In this document: positions 23,275-35,200 of the stretch, piece after piece | How the letters are laid out: the number at the start of each line of letters is the position of its first letter | Numbering within the stretch: the first letter of the stretch is position 1 | From: Vicugna vicugna | Lineage: Eukaryota | NCBI GenBank assembly: GCA_013265495.1 | Contig: MU057398.1 | Coordinates: 558,001-622,000 of the forward strand | Length of the DNA: 64,000 nucleotides | Direction of reading: 5' to 3' | Position numbers and translations under genes: made by a program | Notes under the pieces: model-generated | Seen by the model: only the letters and a program-made list of their open reading frames with translations | What the model was told of the DNA's origin: nothing | Database searches by the model: none

Positions 23275-26200
23275 TCAGTGCGGCTTGAGGGGTGAGTCCA
23301 GGCCCTGGGGATGAGAGGCTGAGGGGGAGGCTGGGGCCGCAGGGCCACGGGAGAAGCCTTTGTTCTTGCCGAAGCGGCTGCAGGCAGCTGGCTTCGGGCT
23401 GCGGGGCCCAGGGCTAGGGGAGTTGGTGGCCACTGGCCCGAGGCCCTGACGGACTGCGGTCTTTCCCAAGAGCTCCTTAAACACAGAGTCCATGGTCTGT
23501 GCCACCGCCTGGAAGAGAGGAGGGAAAGGGAGGGCTTCCGGTGAGAGCAGCCCTACCTGCACAGCCAGTCCCCCCACCCCCATCAATGTTGCCAACCAAC
23601 CTAGGAGTGAGATCCTCCTGCCCTCTGTTGCCCAAGCCTCTACCTGAACTCCTCCCCACTCAAAAACAAAGTCCTCGGCTACCGCCTGTCCCCAGGCCCC
23701 TCCTCTCCGTGCGCCCCTCCCTGGCCCGGTTTCGCTCCTGACACTTTTAGTGTGGCTGTCACAGCTCCTCTGGGGACAGCAATCCTCAGCCCAGCCCTGA
23801 AGTGGGGGTGCTCTGGCTGGGCCTGGGTCCCCCTCTTCCTCTCACGCCCACTCTCTCCTTGGCTGAGATCACAGCCACCACCCCTGGCTTCAGGGGCCAC
23901 CAGTGTGCCCAGACCTCCCAGACTAGGGTTCCCCTGCTGCCCGCCTGCCCTGGGGTCTCCCAGCTGCCCTACCTCCCACACCGCCTGGCTCTGGCTCCCC
24001 CGGCCACCGCACCCGACAGCCCAGGTCACGCCTCTGCCCCTGGGCTCCCAGACCTGGCCGCTGGGCCACACCCAGGACACAGAATGCTCTTGCCATCTGT
24101 CCTCGTGCCCAGACTGTTGCTGGGGCTTCGGTCTCAGCCCAGTGGTGCTCACTGGGAGCCCGCAGGCGGGGGCGCTGGGCCCAGTGGACAGAGCAGGGAG
24201 CCGGGTCTCCCCAGGCTGCATCTGAGCTGCAACCAGCACTCGCTCTCCCTAAGAACCACGACCCTGCCCGGCTCCTCCATCAGTCATCTCCCCCAGCCTC
24301 TTTCCTGTCTGTCCCCTTCATCCTCCCTGGCTCGCCAAGCACCTGCCATGTCACTGCCTGTTACCTAGCCTGGCTCTCAATGCCAGCCTTGAAGCCTGCC
24401 CAGAAGCCCCTTGCCTACACCACTCACCACTTCCCACTCGAGACCCAAACGTGAAGCCCAAATGTGCGAGCCCCCATGTCCCCCCTCTACCCTGTCCAGG
24501 CCCCCCTTCCCTGCTGCCCTCATACCCTTGCGGGCCTGCCCCTCCTTAGGCTGGGCTCAGATGGTTTGTCTGAGGTCAGACTTGCACCTCAGGAGGGAAG
24601 AGTTTGGCTCATGAGGGGAAGGAGAGACGCCTCCCCCAGGAGCAGTGCTCCCCCACTTTCCACATAGCCTGTCCCAGTACTCACCTTATCCACCTCCACG
24701 TGTCGCTCTGGGGATGTCAGGACCAAGCAGTGCCGTCTGTGTCCAGAAGGGCCCCCGGGTGTGCCCAGAGGGGCCTCGGGTGGGGTGCATGGCTCTGGCC
24801 TGCAGGGCACAGGCAGTGAGCCTGGAGGGGCCCTGGGAAGTCCCCACACTACCTGCAATGGCTTCTCCCTTCTGGGGCGTGGCTGAGGGAAAGGGAACTG
24901 AGGCTGGTCCCACTTCTTGTAGCTAAAGCCTGACCCCCTCCCCCTCCCACCTGGCCCAGGGCCTGCTGCCTGGGACCCGCCTCGCCCCCACGGCAGGGCT
25001 CAGGCTGGGGTGGGCCAGCAGGGCCAGCAGAAGGGGTCTTCCGGAGGTGCTGTCTTGCCCGTCCTCACCTCTGGACAAATTCCAAGGCTGGGAGGCCCTC
25101 GGGACTGCTCACCAGCTCCCCTGAGGCCTGCGGCCCTTGGCCCGCAGCAAACTTCTCTGCCCTGGGGTCAGAAAGACGGCCTGATGAGAATACTCATTCT
25201 GGGCCTAGGCTCAGGGGCCAGACGGCTCAGTGCCAGCCAGAACTGGTAAGAAAGGCACCCCCTGGGCCACCCCAGGCCGAAGGAATGAAGCTGGGACTCG
25301 GGGTGGGGGAAGAGCCAGCAACCTGGGTGAAAGGAGAAAGGGAAGTGAGCCTCCGGGAAGGGTGGGCATCACTCACTCACCCTGCCGGCAGTGTGATGTA
25401 CTTGTGTGGAATGAGTCCCCGGGCCCCAGCACGCTCTCCCCGCCACCAGTCCCGGGAGGCCCGCTCGTACAGCCGCAGCACATCCCCGCGCTGGAAGCTC
25501 AGCTCCTGCGCCGTGCGGCCCGTGTAGGCAAAGCAGGCCACGGCCTCCACGACCCCCTCCAGGTCTGGGGAGGAGAGGGGATCCGAGTAGGGGGTGTACT
25601 GGGCACCCGGGGCAGGGATGGGGGGCCCTCCTTTCTGTTACCCTCACCATCCTCAAGGGCCAGGGTCCCAGCTTCCAGCTCCGGCTCATTCTCCCCCGCT
25701 GGGCCCTCCAGCTGGGCATCCCTGAAGTCCAAAGCAGAGCAAGATGGATGAGCAGACAAGGGGCTCCCCTCCACTGGACCTCCACTCCAGGAAGCACAAA
25801 GAGCGTACCCCAGGCAGCTGGCAGAAGGTGGCGCCATACACTTTTCATAGACCGGGCCAGGCAGCAGGGACAGGGGTGGGAAGACCCGAGCGGGCTGCAA
25901 GATGAGCGTCTGCACCAGCTGGTTCACCCGGCCCTGCAAGGCCACTGGGTCCTGCCCAGCAGGCACTGGCAGCAGTGTCGGCCCGAAGCACACTGCCAGG
26001 TTGTACGGGTCCATCATGTTCTCGTCGCTGTACTGGGCCAGGCTGGGGGTACACATGGTCATAGGCAAGGAGCTCTCTGCCCCGTGCCCCCAGGACTGCC
26101 CCCACCATCAGCCAACTAGGGCCCCCGCCCCGGCTGCCCTCGCCCCTCAAGAAGCACTCACTGGTTGAGGAAGGTAAAGAGGTAGCGGAGGACCACCAGC

Positions 26201-29200
26201 ACCGATCCGGGCAGCCGGACCAGGAGGCCGCTCACGTGCTCCACCCGTTCAGCCATGGCCTCCAGCTCTGTGGCCAAGGCCATCCCCCCAGAGAGAAGCT
26301 GGTGAGCGCAGCCCTGGCCACTGGGGAGGCACCCGTCCCACAGGGCCCACCTCGGGCCCTAGCCTCACCTGCAGAAGCCAGCAGCTCTCCAAAGAGGTCT
26401 GGGGGGAATATCGGGGGCTGTAGGCTCCGGAAGTAGAGTTTCAGCACCCCTGCCACTGAGTCCAGGTCCCGGGCCGTGCAGCCTTCCACCAGCGGGTCCT
26501 CTCCTGGCGGTAGCATGGTGGGGGAGGGGGCCAGAAGGCCGATCACACCTACTCTACCAGCACCCCCCACCTCCCTCCCCACCCCACCCCTTCCCACCTC
26601 TCTCAAAAGCGTCACGGATCTCTGAGACCCGGGGCTGGGCACCCGACACCCGGAAGATGCCCTCGTGCTGCAGGCCTGCGGGAAGACGAAGAGCCATGGG
26701 CACTGAGTCTCTGCTCTACTCCCTCCAGGATCAGGGGCCAGGCCGGTGGCAGGGGGGCCCAGGTCTTCCTCACCATGGAGGTTAATGAAGCGGACACAGC
26801 TCTCCACCACCAGGGGCACGGACTGCCCTGAGCTCTGGGGACAGGGACAGAGAGGGTGTCCATGTCACTGTGCGCACAGCCCACCAGCTCATTCACTCGC
26901 TTTTATTTTCTCTTAACATCGAGTTATGCTGCTGGACAGCATGGCCTATGACATCCACGCCCAGGTGTCTGACAGCCCAGGTACCACCACTGGCCATGCC
27001 TTACATGGTATCTGCTAACTCTTTATTGCTGGCATGTGAAACACAATGAAACTGTATGTTGACCTCGAATCAAACAATGTCATGAAACTCAAATTTGTTC
27101 ACTGAAATAATGTGTTGATTCTCTTGAGTGGTCACCTACGGAATCACATCACTGCACGTGATAGCATTATTTCTTCTCTTCTGACCGTCCTTGCTTCCCT
27201 TATTTCACCGTCTAGTCCCCAGAAGTGGGGCCTGCCAGCACCCTTGTGTTAACTCACTCCTCAGCCCTCGAAACGCCACCACCTGGAGCTTTCTGATCCT
27301 TGTTAGAGTGGCGCCCTTTGATCAGCACAGGCCTGACAAAGGCCCACCCGGGAAGAGAGCAGAGGTCAGCCACAGAGGATACTGAGGCCACAGGCAGGCC
27401 ACAGAGGGGGCCCGGGGCTGGAGAGGGACCAGAAATGCAGGGAGAGGGTGAGGCAAAGCAAGTACCTGGATAAACTTCTCCATGTCTCCCCCAAAGAGCT
27501 TCTGGTTATACTGGGAACTGGGACGAGGGGGGCGGCTCTTCTGGAATTTTCTCTGTGTGTACTGAGTCCTGTGGTGAACAGGAGCTGGCTCTGAGGGGGG
27601 TGGGTGTGGAGAATAAGCTGTTCCAACCTCCCCCAGCCCAGCCAAACAGGACGCTAGAGCTTGTGGGTTGTTCCAGAACCCACAGAGCAAAGTGGGAAAC
27701 TGAGACCACAGAGGAAGGAACAGCGGAGCTGGGCCCCGAGAAGAAGGGAGGTGGGGACACTGCAGCTCCTAGGAACAAAGCAGCCCTTCACAAAGGACTC
27801 ACCAGGACACCTCCCGCTCCTCCTTGTCACCTGGGGAGGAGAAAACAAGGTTGTGCCTCTCAGGCTGGGAGGTCCCTCAGTGCACCGCAAAGGGAAAGGC
27901 GTGGCCTGGAGGCCACAGGCAGCGGCAAGACAAAGGGGCGGACCAAGGCCCGGATCCTCACTGGGTTATTTCCTGCACACCAACCAACCTCTCTGGGTAG
28001 AGAGGCACAGGTGTTGGGGCTGGGAGCAGGGCCCACCTTGCTGAATGGCCTCCTGCAGCTTCTCATGTTTGGCCTGCAGCTTGGCAAGGATGCTCCGTCC
28101 ACTCAGGTATTCCTGGAGTTTCTGGGAAGCCCCAAGAAGAGCCCAGTTTTCGAGCCGGCTCCGGGCCCTCCCTGGGTCCCGCCCCTGCCCTCCCAGCCCG
28201 AGGCCCAGCCCTCACTGTGACATAGAAAGTCTCAGTCTCCTGCTGCTGGACCCGCCTCCGGCCGGCCTGCCGAGCACCCGGATCGGAGCTGGTGGACTTG
28301 AGGGACTCTGTGGATGGACTGGTCTGGAAGGAGTCGAGCATGTCCCCGTCCTCTGATGCCACTACCTCCAGCAGGGCCTGCAGTGTGGCCTTCAGCGTCT
28401 TGTTCACCTGGGGAGGGGCAGCGCCAGGGCAGGAAGAAGTGGCGGACAGGAAGTCCAAGTCAGAAGGAAGAGGGAGGGGAGGCCACAGCCACCTGGCTCC
28501 ACGTCTCCAACTCCCTTCCCTCCCAGGGGCCAGGCTGCTCAGACCTCTTCTGTCTCGATGGTCTGTCGGTCCAGGCGGCTCTGGATGTTCTGGGCTCTGG
28601 GCAGAATCTCGTCCCGCAGCTCCATCTCAACCTGGATCTCAGCCACCTGCAGGGGGCAGCATCCAGGGGGGCTGAGGACTGAGAGCTCCGGCATGGTGAG
28701 GGGCGAGGGGGCGGGCTGGGCAGCAGGCATGGAGTGCTCCAGGGCACGCTTTTGCTCCTCGTTGGCTGATGCACAGGCTCAGCAGCCTTGACACTTAGTA
28801 CCCGCAGTTCTGAAGCTCGGCAAGGACACCTTCCCAGGAGGAAGGAGCACAGCTGTACACACCGAGGCTGGAGCACGGCCCCTTGGCTGCCCTGCTTGCA
28901 TGCCCAAGGGTGGAAGCAACCCCAGTGCCCACGGATGAAACCCAGAGGAGCAAAGCGGGGTCTATCCATACAATGGAATGTTATTCAGCTGTTAAAAAAA
29001 AAGGAGGAAATTCTGATATATATTTCCAAGTGGGTGAACCCTAAGGACATTATGCTCAGTGAAATCAACCTTTTGTCACAAAAGGACAAATAGTATATGA
29101 TTGCACTTGTATGAGGTGCCTAAAGGAGCCGGATTCCTGGAGACAGAGAGTAGGAGGGTGGGGGCCAAGGCCTGGGGTAGTCAGTGTTTCAGGGGGACAA

Positions 29201-32200
29201 AGTGAATCACTTTGGAGGATAAGAAAGTGAAGGTGCTTCATGCCAGTGAACTGTGCACCTAAGACGGTCAAAATGCTAAACCTTAGATATATTTTACCAC
29301 AATTCTAAAATTTCTATCCAGGCCCTAGGAAACACTGATATTAGAAGACCCATCCCCTCAAATTCACACAATTAGCAGGAAACTAGAAATGTGCTCTCTG
29401 GAAAGGATAAATCAGGGGGCTCTGGCCCCAGGGACACTAGTTGCAGCTGCAGGAGGGGGTGTAGCTCCCCACTGGCGGGGGGCAGTGCAGCAGCCAGGGG
29501 CTCAGCCACGCCTCGGTGTCACCATGTTGCACATAAGGGACGTCACAGAGCATCAACACCAGGCAAAGCCACTCTGTGCCCATGAAGACAAAAACAAGAT
29601 CACCTCATCAGCATGTCCAAGCCCAGACAGAAACAAGACCTTTGTCCAAGCCACAAAAATGACCAAACCTCCCTGCGTCCTGGGTAATAAGAGTGACAGT
29701 TCTTTCCTCACTGGTGACAGCTTCAGCCTCCTTTTATCCAGCCCTGCCCCATCCCCTAGATAAGATTTATTAAGACACCCAGTCAGAGCGACTCCGGCTC
29801 CCTGACAGCATTCAAGCCTGAGCCAAGCCCCTCCCCTAAGTCCCCAAGTCCTGCGAGTTCTATCTAGAAGCCTCGTAGGAGACCCCCCAGGTCCCCATGG
29901 TGTGGGAGTCCCTGCCTAGCCACCCCATGGGGCAACCCACTGACAAGCTCTGTTAACACACATCAAGTAGCAAATCCACCCCTCAGTGCCTACCTCTTCT
30001 CAAATATGAACTGATGACCCAGAATTGCCAGCTATTTGAGGGAGACACAGATCAAACCAAGAAAACAAGGGAGAGGGCAGAGCTCAGCGGTAGAGAGCAT
30101 GCTTAGCACACACAAGGTCCTGGGTTCAATCCCCAGTACCCCCATTAAAAAAATAAATAAAAACCTAATTACCTCCCCCCCCAAAAAAGCAAGAAAACAG
30201 AAAATGCAGGGAATAGCAGAAAATGTTGAGGAAAAAAATGAATATTTCAGAAAAATTTAAGAAGATACTGTATTCATGAAACAAGAACAAAGGATTCTTT
30301 TAAACAGGAATTTTGAAAACAAAACAGAACTCCTAGAAACAAAAAAATTGGAAAGTAATTTTAAAGAAAAATTCAACAAGTGGTTGGAAAAGAGAATTGA
30401 AAAAAATCTCTAAGAAAACAAAATTGGGGGAGGAGGGTACAGTTCAGTGGTAGAGTGCATATTTAGCATGCATGAGGTCCTGGGTTCAATCCCCAGTACC
30501 TCCCTTAAAAGAGATTAAATAAATAAACCTAATTACCTCCCCTCAACAAAAAAGAAAAAAAAGCAGAATTAAAAGGTATAGTGATGGGAAATAGGAAAGA
30601 GAAAAGGTAAGGAAATTAGACAATCAACCCATGAGGTCTAACATGCTATTACAAGAATTCTTGATGGACGGGAGGGTATAGCTCAATTGGTAGAGCACGT
30701 GCTTAGCATGCATTGGGTCCTGGGTTCAATCCCCAGTGCTTCCATTAAAAAATGAATAAACAAACAAACAAACAATTACCATGCCTCTAAAAAAAAGCAT
30801 TCTTGAAAGCAAGAGAAAAGACAATTGAGAGAAAAAATTATCAAAGGAATAATCTCAGCTTAAAACCTTAGGATGCAAGTTTCCAGACTGACAGGGCCCC
30901 CTGGTTGCCTAGCAACATGAAGGAAGAAGGGTCCTCAAGGTATATCATCATAAAATTTTACACCAGGGAAAAAGACTATCCTAAAAGCTTCAGGGAGAAA
31001 AATTACAGATCATGTACAAAGGTCCAGAAATCAGAAGGGCATTGGACTTCTCACCTACAAGTATGGAAAGCCTGCAGTGATACCTTTAACATGCTAAAAG
31101 GAAAACGATCTTCAGCCTTGAATTCCATACCCAGCTAAACTAATCATCAATGTCAAGGAGAGAATACAGACATTTTCAGGTATTCAAAGTCAGGAAAGTA
31201 TGGGGGGAAGACGGCTGCCCAAACAAGGGTAATAAATAAGAAAGAGGAAGACACAGGGTCCAGAAAACAGGGGGTCCAGTGCAGGAGAGAATGGCAAGGA
31301 TGCTCTGGATGACCAGGAAGAGAAGCTACAGGATTCCAGCTTTGCAGGCCTACAAGTTGACCAGTCTGGACTAGGGGGCTGCAGCACAGGGCTTTGAAGG
31401 AAGCAGGAATGCAGACTGACTGGTGGTGGAATAGACGGAAAGGAGTATTGCAGGGAGATGGTGATGTGGGGAGCAGCCTTAATCCTCCACGCAGGGAAGT
31501 CGGTAGTGCCTATGGAGAGCTGAAAAGCACCAGGCAGTCTGAACACAGAGAGAAGCAGCTAGAAGACTGGGAAATGGCTGTTTCTGGGGAGTGGGAATCA
31601 GGAACAGAAAGGGTCAGTCAGAGAAGTGCTGTGTGCCATTGTCAGCCTTGAGGAATGGTTGACTCTTTTAGACAGGACTTTGGTCAAAATACAAATTAAC
31701 TAACTAAAAGCTGAGTGTAACCCCAGCCCATGCACAGTGGTCATCAGGATAAACACACAAGGACAAAACAGGTCAGAGGTGTGCACAAAGGTGCCTAGTT
31801 ACATTTTCCTGCTGGCACGGTTGATTTTCCTGCAAGTTTGCATCATGAAATGTCAGAAGTGCACAGAACCACGGAAGGAAGATTACGCAGACGGCTACAC
31901 GCCGCCTACCAGCTGGCCTCCGAACCCATGGTCTCTTGGTTGTGTGTGCTACTGGGGGTGTGCGTTCATTGGCCAGGCTGCAGAAGCAAGCTGCTTGCTT
32001 CCAATGCAAGTGGGGAAACCTCTGAGTCTCACTGGCCTTGAGGCCATTGAACGAGGCTCTGAGACAGAAGCTGTATTCAGGAGTTTCGACTCCTTAGTGA
32101 AGTCATTCGACCTGATTTATCTACAGTCTCCAGGAAGCCATTTGCCTTAAGGGGTTGGCAGGGACCCTCACCTCATCCCCCTCGTGGGGCTGGTAGTCAA

Positions 32201-35200
32201 AACGCAGCGGGGGACAGAAGGCGACTGCGTGCACCTCCAGCACCTTGGCCTTGTCCCCTGGAGGGTCTAGGGCCTCCACTGCCTCTTCCAGGCTGCCCAG
32301 GCCCTGCATCTGGGAGGCTTGGGTGCGGCTCTCGGCCACCATGTAGCTCCGGAGCACCTGCCCCAGGGCCAGGTGGAATCCCGTGTCACAGCACTGGGGA
32401 GGAAGCGGGGACACGGCTCGGGCAGGCTCCAAGCACCAGGTGCACCCCCTCCACCCCAGCCCCCGCCACTCACATCCATGAGGTCCAGGACATCATGCAA
32501 GTAGTAGTTGCTGACAGCAGCGTTGACACTGGCCAGACTGAGCAGGTACTCATTGCGTGCCTTTGTGCACTTGAGCTTGTGTTCCAAGAACTTGGCCTGA
32601 CGCTGCTCAGGACCACACAAGCACACCAGGGTCACCCAGGAGGCCGGCTGGCCCCCGTCTCTGGCCTCCTCACCTCCACAGCCCAACATGCTCTCTCTCC
32701 TCCCTTTCCCATGAGGACAGCTGCCCCCCATATCCCACAGGCCTCAACAATTTGGCCCAGAAGTCCTGATGGCCGTCCTACCCAACCCTGCCAGCCTCAT
32801 TGTCCTCACCCTTCTTCCAGGGACCACCTCAAACACTTCTCCCTGTACGTCCCTCAATCACCCATCCTACATGTCTTCTTACTCCTCTGAAATCTCACAG
32901 CAGTCTGGGAGGCAAGGATGACGGGTGGAAAGGCCCCCAGGCTTGGGAGCATCAAATCTCTCTTTGCCCAGGCTGGGCTGGAGGTGGGTAGGGGCAGCTA
33001 GGAGCATGGGGGACACTGTGGCAGGCTTTTCCACGCCTCATGACTGTTCTCCAGTCCCCTCTGTCTCCCACCCCAGCGTAGGGAGCCCCCAAGAGCCAGC
33101 CCTCCCTTCCTCCTCCACACACCCCTTCCCAGCAGGCCCCAGTGAGGGCCAAGGACTCAGAAGGACACAGACCAGGAGCCAGAGCCTTTGGAGTCAGACA
33201 GGTGCCCGCCAGGCCTACCTTCTCCACCAGCCGCCCTCCCTTCTTGAGGGAGCCCTTGCGGAGAGGCCCTGCCTCGGTGCCGGTAGTGGTGGTGGCAGCA
33301 GTGGCGGCATTCCGGCCTGCTCGCTTCCCCTCCTGCCGCTCTGCTTCCCTGAGCTTGGCCTCGGCATTCACACTCTCCATGTGGTACACCTGGTATGTCT
33401 TCTTGGCCTGCAAGGAGGCCCAGGGCCAGGCAGCCCCACTGAAGGCCATGGCCCCAGCCAGCCCTCCCCTTCCCCCTCCCCACCCACCTGGGACTCAGAC
33501 CTGAGAGCTAGGAGATCCTGCGCAAGTGCTCAGCCCAGCCACCCGGTGCCCAGAGCAGGGAGAGAGGGCCGTGCTTGTGGTCCCTGAAACCTGAGTCTCT
33601 CCTGGGCACCCAGTCCTCCTCTTTGAGCCTGGCCCAGGATGATGTGATGTGACAGTGTCCCCAGACTGGGGCGGGCCGGACAGTATTCTCACCGTCTGCA
33701 GCTCTGACACCACTTCCAGGAGCTCCTCCTGCAGCTGTTGCTCCAGATCCTTGCTCTGGGGAGGAGGAGAGTGACCACAGTACTGCCCCAGGCCACACCC
33801 ACTGCCACACCTCAGCTCCCCTCTGCCTGATGCCCGCCTGGCCTCCTGTGCCCTCCCAGCCCTGGCACCTCTGGATCCAGCTAGATCCTGAGGCCATCCA
33901 CACACCCCCGGCCCAGGGTAGGGGCCTTGCCTTCTTGACTATGCGCCCCACATCCTCCGCAATGTGGCTCAGGCGCTGGGCCAGTGGTCCAGCCAGCACC
34001 TCGCTGAGGGCCGCACTCTCCCGGCTCTGCTGCCGCGTCTGCTGTAGCAACACAGCCCAGCAGTGCAAGGGCGACAGGAGGGATGGCTCCTTCCTGGGGA
34101 CAAAGGGGCACTCAGACCGGGAGAGGGGCCTTGGACCAGGTCACGGCCATCCTGCCCGCCAGTACCCACCGGAAGCTTTGGTGCTCCCGGCTGCCGCCCC
34201 CAAGGCGGCCTCCTCGGCTGGAGAAGCGCTCAGCCAGCTTGTCCAGGCCACGGGAGTACTCCAGCTCCACCTCGGCGCGGCGCCGCATGAACTCGGCCAG
34301 CTCCTGCAGCAGCTCCCGCCGCAGCTCGCCCTGCAGCTCCAGGCAACGCAGCTGCTCGCTCAGCTGCCAGCGCATCTCTGCGGGGAGAGGGGGAGGGGCC
34401 CGCGTCTCAGGCTGGTCCTGTCTGCCCCGAGGGTGAGAAGGCTGGCCCCCAGGGAGGAGTTCTGGGCTCAGCTGTCCAGCCGGGCTCAGGGCAGGCCTAA
34501 GGAAAGGGACCTCAGGGCTGAGGCTAAAGGGAACCCGCCAGGCCCAACTGGTTGAAGAAGAATGGAAGGGCTGTTCCAGGGAGAGGGGAGAGCCCTGCAG
34601 AGGACCAGGGTGAGAGGGAGCGTGACAGATCCCGGGGCAGGGGACAGGGGAGGCTGGAGCAGGTTGGGATGGTGGGAGCAAAGAGCACAGAGCTGCCCCG
34701 GCCCCAGCTGGCCACGGCCCAGGCAGGCACCTTTCACTTGGCCTTCCTATCACTCCCCGGTTCCCGGAAAGCCCCTGAGTTGCTTCCCCTGCCACTTCCT
34801 GCCCCTTGGGTACCCAGGACCCCAGGCAGGGCAGTCTCCCCTGCACACACACAGACAGACACACAGAGCTCTGCAGGGGCGAAGCTGCCAGGGCACGCTG
34901 CCAAACCTGCAGTCAGCCTGTGGCCTCGATGGTTGGGAAGCCTGCCCTCAGCCCCAAGGGGAAAGGGCAGACCCACAGGGAGGCCCAGGCGAGCTGGCTG
35001 GGGCTGACAAGTGACAGGACGAGGCAGCTGTTCTGTTTTCTGTTCCCAGTCCTGACTCCCAATTACACAGCCCCAGGGCCCCCCAAACCCCCCTCCCAGC
35101 AGAGAGAGCCACACCCAGGGCCCCCATGCTGCTGGCTTTTGACACCTTATCGCTGGCTTGATTTGGCAATGCTGCTTTCCCCACACAGACCTATGGCAAA

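Larger units (their letters stand above)
29960..31400 (+). mobile_element. Ancient L1/HAL1-type ORF1 relic hosting three SINEs
   Basis: A-rich degenerate ORF1-like sequence ('ttgaattccatacccagctaaactaatcatcaa'). Confidence 0.5.
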
